Assembly: GCA_963696385.1 (NCBI GenBank)
Contig: CAVOKF010000003.1
Coordinates: 544,001 to 608,000, forward strand
Reading direction: 5' to 3'
DNA: 64,000 nt
DNA from: an uncultured delta proteobacterium
GTDB taxonomy: Bacteria; Myxococcota_A; Polyangia; Polyangiales; Polyangiaceae
In this document: positions 56,788 to 64,000 of the stretch, one piece after another
How the letters are laid out: each line of letters opens with the position of its first letter
Position numbering within the stretch: the first letter of the stretch is position 1
Translations under genes and position numbers: made by a program
The notes under the pieces: generated by a model
The model's database searches: none
What the model saw: the letters and a program-made list of their open reading frames with translations, nothing else
What the model was told of the DNA's origin: nothing

Positions 56788-57723
56788 ATGCCGCTCGCGC
56801 AGAGCTTGCAAGTGTTCGCCCTCATGTGCCCCTCTGCCATCGTTATCGCCACGCTTGTTGGCACGGCCGCATGTGTGGTGGGCTGCCGCAGTCCCCGGGA
56901 AGAGATCTCCGGTGGCGACTCGGGTGGCTCGTCGGGAGGACGGGGCACCGGTCCCCCGAATGCCCTTCCCCTTCCGAGCAGTAGTGTCGAAGCTCAAGTC
57001 AACCCTGCAAAGCTACCGCCGTACGACGGCCCCACCGGAAGCGTCGAGGGGTTCGTGTTCGTAAAAGGACCGACCGCTCCCGACGTTCCGATGCTCGACT
57101 TTCGAACTTGCCCTGCGGGGATCGACACCTATGGAAAGCTCTTCCGCGCCGGGCCGGTCAACGAACAAGGCTTGCGCCCCCTGGCGGACGCCGTCGTCGT
57201 CGTGACCGGGTACGCGGGCTATTATCTGCCGGACAAGAACCCCGCCGCCAGCGTTACGATTAGCGCAAACTGCGGGTACCCCCAGCGCGCCATCGCGATC
57301 ACATTTGGTCAGCGTCTCGAGATTGCGAACGATTCCAAGTATCCATTTGCGCCTTATCTCGAAGGAACTTTTCAGCCGGCGATCATGATCGCTCCCCCGC
57401 AACGCAGCGGCGATCCCGTTAAGCTCTATCCGCCGTCGCCCGGACACTTCCTGATGGCGGATCGAATGCAGTCCTTCGTCACGGAGGACATCTACGTCTT
57501 GCGCCACCCGCTGCACGCCGTAACCGACCTGAGCGGGCACTATCGCATCGACGGGGTACCCGCCACGAGTGTCAAGGTGGGCGCGATCCTCAACGCGATC
57601 CGGGACGAGCGGCAGCTGGACATCGACGTCCGAGCCCATGTCGTCGAGAAGGTCGACATCGTTTTGACATACGCGCCCGACGCCCATGCGCCCGGAAGCG
57701 GCTCTTCACACGTCATTCCGTGA
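56788..57723 (+). CDS. Predicted lipoprotein with a beta-sandwich (carboxypeptidase-regulatory-like) C-terminal region
   Basis: Lipobox VVGC; GSVEG, DAVVVV, HP..AVTD..G.YRIDGVP motifs; starts 7 nt after nuoN. Confidence 0.8.
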   Translation: MPLAQSLQVFALMCPSAIVIATLVGTAACVVGCRSPREEISGGDSGGSSGGRGTGPPNALPLPSSSVEAQVNPAKLPPYDGPTGSVEGFVFVKGPTAPDVPMLDFRTCPAGIDTYGKLFRAGPVNEQGLRPLADAVVVVTGYAGYYLPDKNPAASVTISANCGYPQRAIAITFGQRLEIANDSKYPFAPYLEGTFQPAIMIAPPQRSGDPVKLYPPSPGHFLMADRMQSFVTEDIYVLRHPLHAVTDLSGHYRIDGVPATSVKVGAILNAIRDERQLDIDVRAHVVEKVDIVLTYAPDAHAPGSGSSHVIP

Positions 57724-59320
57724 CGGCTCCGAAATGACCCTCCGCCAGTGCGGTGAGTGCTGCGCGGGCCCGTCTCGCCATGTCGATATCGCCCGTCCTT
57801 TCCGCCACCCGCAGCGCGGCTGCCGCGATCAGCGGATCCGCCGGGTCACGCGCCAGCAGCGTCTGCGCGGTCGCCGGCGGGATGGGGGCACCGGATGCGA
57901 TCATGACGAGGCTCCGGGCGACGACCACGACGCGGTCGTCGGGATTCAACCGCGTCAAACGCTCGCCGAGCTCCCGCGTACGTCCGGCGGACGGTTGCGC
58001 GAGAGCGAGGGCGAGATACTCGTGCCGGACGTCGACCGCTCCCGGCGGCGGCGGGGCCCATCCCTCCCCCGGACGCCCGCCGCGCAACACGCGCAGCTCG
58101 ATGACCGCGTCGGCCGACAGGTCGCCGGCATCGACAAGCCCGCGCGACGCGAGCTCGGCCGCGGGGCGCTCGACCAGTTCGTCTCCAGCGACGATGGCCT
58201 GGTGGTCGATGCCGGAGAAGCCTTGCGCACGCTCACTCGAGCGGGCGTGGACGCGCGTTCCGGCGAAAGCAATCCATGCCGCGCCACTGACTTGCCCGGC
58301 GGCAGCGCCGCGGCTCGGGGTGGGCACTTGCACGGCGCTGCCTTCAACGGCCGCGATGACGACTCGCGCCCCGTCGTCACGCGGATCCGCGCGCACCAAC
58401 GTCGATGCAAGCTCTCGCGCCATCGCCGCGTCTCCGGCGAGCAAGGCACGCGCCGCGACCTCGTCGAGCGCCAGGTGCGCATGGGTTGCTCGCTCGCGCA
58501 CCCCTCGCGAATCGCGACGCGCGATCGCTTCGTCGACCGCCAGTCGTGCTGCGAGGGGATAGCGACTCGACAGCGGCTGCTCGGACGCATCGACCGCGGC
58601 GGCAGCGACGAGCCGAGCTGAGCCGCCGGCGCCCAGCCCCGCCAACGCCTCGGCCGATTGAGCGACCTCATCGCGCTCCAAAGGTGCGATTTTCGCGAGT
58701 GCGACCAACGCGCGCGCCCAGAGCGCGATTTCGCCATGGCTCTCACCCCAAACGACGAGAGCGCGCAACGCAGCGCTCGGCAAGCCCCCGGCGACGGTGA
58801 ACGCCACCAGAGCGTCACCCTTGGCATCGTCGCCCTCGCCCAGGTCTGGACGCGCGAGACGCGAGGGCGACGCTCCGAGCGGTGCCAGCGCCGCGCGGCG
58901 GGCGGCTGCGCGGGCTCCAATTTCGTCCCCCCGGATGCGAGCGCACTTCGCCTTCTCGGCCCAGACCCTCGCGTAGGCGTCGTCCACCGCCAGGGCCCTG
59001 TCGAACGCTGCATCCGCACCGGGATCGCGCGGATTCTCGGCGCAACGGACCGCGCCGATACGCGTCCAAATTTCGGGGCCGCCCGGATCCAACCGCTCGG
59101 CTCTATGGTACGCCTTCAGAGCTTCGACGTCGTCGCCTTCCGCCTCCGCGATCGATCCGCGCAGAAACGCGGAATACGTCTCCGGCTCAATGAAACGCCC
59201 CGAGACGACGTGCCCCTCGTACGAGCGGTCGACCGTTGCTTCACGCGCACATCCGGTGGCGACCAGCGTCAGGGCCGTTGCGATCGCTGCGCTTCGTGTC
59301 GCGCCGGAACCTCGCGTCAC
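57713..59320 (-). CDS. Ala-rich TPR-like lipoprotein
   Basis: Lipobox ATGC; TPR pattern A..AY..A..LDP; GTGA overlap with the hisC stop. Confidence 0.75.
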   Translation of the reverse strand: MTRGSGATRSAAIATALTLVATGCAREATVDRSYEGHVVSGRFIEPETYSAFLRGSIAEAEGDDVEALKAYHRAERLDPGGPEIWTRIGAVRCAENPRDPGADAAFDRALAVDDAYARVWAEKAKCARIRGDEIGARAAARRAALAPLGASPSRLARPDLGEGDDAKGDALVAFTVAGGLPSAALRALVVWGESHGEIALWARALVALAKIAPLERDEVAQSAEALAGLGAGGSARLVAAAAVDASEQPLSSRYPLAARLAVDEAIARRDSRGVRERATHAHLALDEVAARALLAGDAAMARELASTLVRADPRDDGARVVIAAVEGSAVQVPTPSRGAAAGQVSGAAWIAFAGTRVHARSSERAQGFSGIDHQAIVAGDELVERPAAELASRGLVDAGDLSADAVIELRVLRGGRPGEGWAPPPPGAVDVRHEYLALALAQPSAGRTRELGERLTRLNPDDRVVVVARSLVMIASGAPIPPATAQTLLARDPADPLIAAAALRVAERTGDIDMARRARAALTALAEGHFGAVTE

Positions 59321-60411
59321 GACGCCACAGCCTCGCGCAACGCATCGATGAAGCGATCGTTGTCGCTCGACGCGCCGATGGTAACCCTCAACCGGTTGGC
59401 CAGCCGACCTCCGGCGGCGTGAAAGCTCCTGACGAGGACACCGCGGCTGACCAACGAATCGAACACTTGACCGGCCGGGCGAGGCGTAGCCACCCACAGA
59501 AAGTTGGCGTGACTCGGCGCGACATGGACCCCCGACAGGTCGCGCAACGCTACAGCCACCCGTTCACGCTCGCGAACGATTGCATCGACGTGAGATCGGA
59601 CCTCGTCCCACGCTTCGGCGAGCACCGCCGAAGCCGCGGCCTGACTCGTCGCGCTCACGTTGAACGGCTGTCTCGCCTTGTCGAGTTGCACGACGAGCCC
59701 TTCGTCGGCTTCGATCCATCCGATGCGGAGCGCCGCAAGCCCGACTTTACTCAATGTCCGCATCAACGCCAAATTCGGATAACGCGAACGCCAAGCGCGG
59801 AGCGAGTCTCCGGCGTAATCGACGTAGGCCTCATCGACGACGACGAGCGCGTCGCGTGCTGCTTCGAGCACGGCGGCGATGCGGTCGTCGGACATGCGAT
59901 TGCCCGTTGGATTGTTCGGGCTCGCGATGAAAACGATGTTGGGCCGCGTTACTTCGATGGCGCGCCCCATCGCTGCAACGTCCAGGTCCCATTTCGCGTC
60001 GAGCGGCACTTCGATGGGCTTGTAGCCGTGCAATTTAGCCGTGACCCGATACATCACGAACGTGGGCGTCGGCACGACGACAACGGGTTGCGCCGCTCTC
60101 GGACGTGGCTGGGCCATCGCGGAGAGGAGAATGCCAATGACCTCGTCGGATCCCGACCCGATGAGCAGCTCGTCGGGTCGGGCGCGCGTCCGCTCGGCAA
60201 TCCGACCTCTGAGCTCGCGCATCCGTGCGTCGGGATAGCGCTCGAGCGGGGTACGCTCGATCGCGCGAGTCACGGCCTCGCGCACTCGAGCGCCCGGGTT
60301 CGGGGGGGCTTCATTGGCGTCAAGACGGACGTGAATGCCAGGGGGATCCGCGGGGACGTACGACGACAGCTCGGCAAGCTCGGCGCGAAGGAGGTTCGAC
60401 CAGTCCGGCAC
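59317..60411 (-). CDS. hisC: Histidinol-phosphate aminotransferase
   Basis: LDANE, RYPD, GSDE, SPNNPTG, DEAY, RTLSK..LAALRIG. Confidence 0.95.
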   Translation of the reverse strand: MPDWSNLLRAELAELSSYVPADPPGIHVRLDANEAPPNPGARVREAVTRAIERTPLERYPDARMRELRGRIAERTRARPDELLIGSGSDEVIGILLSAMAQPRPRAAQPVVVVPTPTFVMYRVTAKLHGYKPIEVPLDAKWDLDVAAMGRAIEVTRPNIVFIASPNNPTGNRMSDDRIAAVLEAARDALVVVDEAYVDYAGDSLRAWRSRYPNLALMRTLSKVGLAALRIGWIEADEGLVVQLDKARQPFNVSATSQAAASAVLAEAWDEVRSHVDAIVRERERVAVALRDLSGVHVAPSHANFLWVATPRPAGQVFDSLVSRGVLVRSFHAAGGRLANRLRVTIGASSDNDRFIDALREAVAS

Positions 60412-60550
60412 GGCAGTTCTATAGCACCCGGGCTCGATCGCCCCGAATCGGCTTGCCCTTCGAGGAAGCGGTCGCTCGCGAACTGCCAAATTTTGGCAGC
60501 GTCCGGGCCACTGCCCGAAGGATGACGCGGACGACGGATCCCGCTTTGCT

Positions 60551-63280
60551 TCACCGCTTGCGGGCGTTGTGCCCCTCGATGCGGTCGGGACCGGCGCCCT
60601 CTTCGTGTCCGTCGCTCGCATCGTGCGAAATGTGCCCTTCGGCCTCCCGAAGTTTTTCCGCGATTTCGATGATTCGCCGTTCGACCCGGCCGAACACGCT
60701 CGATGCAGGAAAGCGCCCGCTCGCGTCGCGCTCGCCAGCGGGAAGCCCGGTCAAAACCTCGATTCCCTGCGCAGCGCGGTCGACGGCGTAGAGCTGAAAG
60801 TGTCCGGCCGCGACGGCCGCGGCGACATCGTCACGAAGCACAAGGTGCGGGCGATTCGCGCTCGGGATCAGGACACCCTGAACACCGTTCAGGCCCCGCG
60901 CCTTGCAGAGATCGAAGAACCCTTCGATCTTTGCGCATACCCCGCCGATCGCCTGCATTTCGCCGAGCTGATTCACGCTCCCGGTCACGGCGATCCCCTG
61001 ATCGATTCCAACGTCGGCCAACGCGCTCAACACGGCGAACAATTCGCTCGAACTTGCGCTGTCTCCATCGATCTCGCCGTAGCTCTGCTCGAAGGCGAGC
61101 TGGGCGCGCAGGCTGAGCGGCCGCTCCTGACCGAACATGCGCGCGAGATAACCGCGCAGAATGGCCACTCCCTTCGTATGAATACTCCCTCCGAGTTGCG
61201 CCTCGCGTTCGACGTCGATGATCCCCTCTCGCCCGATGCCGACCACCGCGGTGATCCGCATCGGCTGGCCGAACTCGACATCGCCGGCGCTGAACACGCT
61301 CAGGCCGTTCACGACGCCGACCCGCCATCCGGCGGTATCGAGGGCGACTTCTCCGCGCAGCGTGATCTCGCGAATGTGCCGTTCCGCACTCCCGGCACGC
61401 TCGCGGCGTTCCAGCCACGCCGCCTGGATGTCTTCTGCAGAGACCACGGACACGGGAGGCGGAGCGATGGATGCTCGAAACGGGCGCGCGGCCCCTTCGC
61501 TCGCGAGCCCATCGGCCTCCCCTTCCGCACCGGTCGCCCTAGCGACCGCAAGCGCGCTGGCAAACGCCATCGTTTCCTCGAGCGGTGACAGTGTCAGCGC
61601 AAGTTTTTCGCGATCCGCGGCCAAACGGGTGGCTAGATCGAGCAACTGCGCGCGTGCGGACTGATCGAACCGCCCCCACGCGCGCTCCTTGGCCATGGCC
61701 ATGAGGTACGCGTCGAGCGCGGCCAGACTCTTGGGTGACCGTGGAATGACCGGGTCGACTTCGACCTTCACGCGAAAGAGCGAAGCGAAATCCGGGTCCG
61801 CTTCGAGGAGCGTGGCGTAGAGCTCGGGCGGGCCGACGAGCACGACGCGGACGTGGATCGGGACCGGCACCGGCCGCAACGACGTGGCGTACAGGCCGAG
61901 CGGTCCGAGCGGATCTTCCGCACCGATTCGCTGCTCGCGCATGACACGCTTCATTCGCTCCCAGATGATCGGATCGGTGAGCAAATCACCGGCGCGCACA
62001 ACGAGCACGCCACCGCTCGCCTTGTGCAGGGATCCCGCCCGAATGCGCGTGAAGTCCGTCAAGAGCGCGCCGTAGCGCGCACGGCGTTCCAGGTAACCGA
62101 AGAGGCTGGGATAGGTGGGGTTGGTGTCGTAGACGACGGGCGCAGGCACCCCTGGCTCGTGGGACACGAGAAGATTGACCTTGAATCGATTCAGGCGCGT
62201 CGCGAGCTCCGGATCGTCCTTTTCCTCTCGCGAGCGCTTCTCTTGCTCGTCTTCGTCGTCGACTTCGACGAGATCTTCCCAGTCTTCAACGAGGGCTTCG
62301 TGGACTCGATCCACCCACTCACGCACGGGATCGCCGAGAGCCGCTACCGATCGGCTGACCTCCTTCATCGCGGACTCGATGACACCTGCAGCCGCCTTGG
62401 AAAACGCCGCCTCACGCGCGGCGTCGAACCGCGCGCTCTGCGCCCGCACGTTATGGGCGGCTTTCTCCACCTCTCGGGTCAGCTTGTGCTCCGATTCGGC
62501 GAGCGCGCGCTTGGTCGAATCGTCGAGCACGTCGAACTGCTCGGCGCTCACGGGCTTGCCGTGGAGAATGGGGAACGTCTGCACGCCCCCGTGCACCGGA
62601 CGAACGCCGAATCCGAAGGTCTTCGCGAGCGACTCGAGTTCATGGATGACTGCGCGGTTCTTCGCTTCAAGCTCGGAGGCGAGCTGCGTCTGCGCGTGCT
62701 TGAACTCTTCGCCCTCGACCACGGTAGGGATGCGTTCCTTGAGGCGATCGATGAGCGCGTCCATCGTTCGAACGAGCGTCGGCCCCTGCCCCGCAGGAAG
62801 CACGAGCGGGCGGGGCGCCTCGGGGTGATCGAAGTCGTGAACGTACGCAATGTCGTTCGGGGTCGGACGCGTGCTTGCGAATCGGGAGGCATAGCGAACG
62901 ATGTCGTCCTCGATCATCACCTCCGGCGCGGCCGCCACGAAAACGTGAAAACTCGGCTCTCGCGCGCTCAAACCGAGCTCGAGTGCCCTCCGGGCCACGC
63001 TAGGTACCAGTTCCAACATGCCATGGGTTTCGAGCGGATCGGCCGGCAGGAGCGCAGGGTCGGTCCTCATCACGGCATCCTCGCTTCCGACCCGGAATGC
63101 GGCCCGCGCACGCGACAGCGCGCTGTCGCCATTTTCCGCTGCGGGGCTGCTCGCCGCACGGCCGTTCGCGGACCGACTTCGGGCGGCTGAAGGATTCGGC
63201 GAAGTCGCTGAGGCCGGTTTCGAGTGACGCGCCGCAGCCGGCTCGGACTTCGTGCGCGCTCTCGGTCGGCGAGTCGGCAT
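60551..63280 (-). CDS. LonC/LonB-like S16 protease
   Basis: RIRAGSLHKA.GG, VNGLSV, G.P.RIT, IHTKG, FEQSY..DGDSAS, TGSVNQ.G, GGV..KIEGFF. Start uncertain. Confidence 0.92.
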   Translation of the reverse strand: MPTRRPRARTKSEPAAARHSKPASATSPNPSAARSRSANGRAASSPAAENGDSALSRARAAFRVGSEDAVMRTDPALLPADPLETHGMLELVPSVARRALELGLSAREPSFHVFVAAAPEVMIEDDIVRYASRFASTRPTPNDIAYVHDFDHPEAPRPLVLPAGQGPTLVRTMDALIDRLKERIPTVVEGEEFKHAQTQLASELEAKNRAVIHELESLAKTFGFGVRPVHGGVQTFPILHGKPVSAEQFDVLDDSTKRALAESEHKLTREVEKAAHNVRAQSARFDAAREAAFSKAAAGVIESAMKEVSRSVAALGDPVREWVDRVHEALVEDWEDLVEVDDEDEQEKRSREEKDDPELATRLNRFKVNLLVSHEPGVPAPVVYDTNPTYPSLFGYLERRARYGALLTDFTRIRAGSLHKASGGVLVVRAGDLLTDPIIWERMKRVMREQRIGAEDPLGPLGLYATSLRPVPVPIHVRVVLVGPPELYATLLEADPDFASLFRVKVEVDPVIPRSPKSLAALDAYLMAMAKERAWGRFDQSARAQLLDLATRLAADREKLALTLSPLEETMAFASALAVARATGAEGEADGLASEGAARPFRASIAPPPVSVVSAEDIQAAWLERRERAGSAERHIREITLRGEVALDTAGWRVGVVNGLSVFSAGDVEFGQPMRITAVVGIGREGIIDVEREAQLGGSIHTKGVAILRGYLARMFGQERPLSLRAQLAFEQSYGEIDGDSASSSELFAVLSALADVGIDQGIAVTGSVNQLGEMQAIGGVCAKIEGFFDLCKARGLNGVQGVLIPSANRPHLVLRDDVAAAVAAGHFQLYAVDRAAQGIEVLTGLPAGERDASGRFPASSVFGRVERRIIEIAEKLREAEGHISHDASDGHEEGAGPDRIEGHNARKR

Positions 63281-63385
63281 AGGGGCGGTATCGACCTCGA
63301 CGACACTAGCATTTTCCGCTCCCCCATGCGGCTCTCGCGTGGGCGCTGTTCGCCCCCCTCGAAACCGCGCTACCATAGAGGTCTC

Positions 63386-64000
63386 ATGGCGAAGCTGATC
63401 CTTGCGACTGCCGAAGGACAGCAGTTCATCGACCTTCGGCCCGCGAACAGCCTCGGCCGTCACCCGAACAACACGATTCAGCTCCTCGACAAGATCGTCT
63501 CGAAAGAGCACTGCATCCTCGAGCAACGCGACGGTCAGTTCGTTCTGCGGGATCTCGGCAGCTTGAATGGGACGTACGTCAACAGTGAGCGCGTTCGGGG
63601 CGAGATCTACCTCAAGCACGGCGACGAAATCGCCCTCGGCTCCACGCGCGCACGATTCGACGATGAGTCGGGCACGGCGTTTCCTCCACCGCCCATCGGC
63701 CCCGGCGCCGTCCAGCACGCAGCGACCGGCGGCTCGTCATGGCCCGCGGTATCGACGGCGCCACGAGCACAGCCCGCACCCGCGCAGGCGGTTTCACCTT
63801 CTGCCGGTCACGTTCCTATCGTCGGCTCCCATGACCCGAGTTCGCGATCACCCCACCCGCACGGTAACCCGGCCGCGCAGCCTACGCCTATTCACCGGCC
63901 CGCGGGCGCGACGCGGGTCGACGTCCTCGACGCGGCGCGGGCCATCGGCACGCAGATCGCCGCACAAACGAAGGGGTTCGTGCCGTTCGAAGCCATGGGC
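63386..64000 (+). CDS. FHA-domain protein (partial, runs off the window)
   Basis: Absent from the ORF track. ATG 63386 after GAGG reads MAKLILATAEG..SLGRHPNNTIQLLDKIVSKEHC..DLGSLNGTYVN..GDEIALG, then a Pro-rich linker. Confidence 0.9.
   Translation, partial: MAKLILATAEGQQFIDLRPANSLGRHPNNTIQLLDKIVSKEHCILEQRDGQFVLRDLGSLNGTYVNSERVRGEIYLKHGDEIALGSTRARFDDESGTAFPPPPIGPGAVQHAATGGSSWPAVSTAPRAQPAPAQAVSPSAGHVPIVGSHDPSSRSPHPHGNPAAQPTPIHRPAGATRVDVLDAARAIGTQIAAQTKGFVPFEAMG

Noticed and set aside
63281..63718. N-terminal extension of the Lon ORF to 1055 aa
   Set aside because: It is mostly the antisense shadow of the FHA gene on the plus strand.
1..64000. Prophage, IS, integron, toxin-antitoxin or defence system
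   Set aside because: No integrase, transposase, phage structural, nuclease or reverse-transcriptase motifs recognised; nearly all the sequence is explained by housekeeping genes.

Overview
GC-rich bacterial core-genome segment. Gene content (tgl-recO block, mevalonate pathway with class II HMG-CoA reductase and type 2 IDI, split nuoEF-JKLMN operon, MYXO-CTERM-like and PDAG-repeat proteins, REC-EAL, FHA protein) points to a myxobacterium, probably Polyangiaceae; this is inference and no search was run. It holds about 55 CDS and two tRNAs (Val-CAC, Leu-GAG). I found no integrase, transposase, CRISPR array or rRNA. Main blocks: a TPR / beta-barrel-like / LamG surface module; a tgl-HTH-recO-pfkB-DUF971-murJ-engB operon; hisB; a divergent mevalonate cluster with signalling genes on both arms; gshA plus a MoxR-DUF58-VWA operon; a REC-EAL / Nudix / NADK / Aur1-like / FabH / matrixin / rnd / lpxB / GT39 run; bioB, thiS, coaBC, ychF; nuoEF-JKLMN plus a lipoprotein; hisC; a LonC-type protease; a partial FHA protein. 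Three genes, including the normally essential murJ, are broken by single-base frameshifts, and several invariant positions carry single substitutions. The consensus is therefore probably noisy, and single-base oddities need read-level confirmation. Best leads: complex I membrane subunits with extra domains (NuoL C-terminal Ig/PKD-like domain, NuoM N-terminal helices) plus an operonic lipoprotein; a matrixin paired with a secreted OB/TIMP-like partner; an Aur1/IPC-synthase-like enzyme coupled to FabH; signalling genes attached to the mevalonate cluster; slippage-prone tracts in tgl; and a motif shared downstream of both tRNAs. I cannot demonstrate a clearly new system from the sequence alone.
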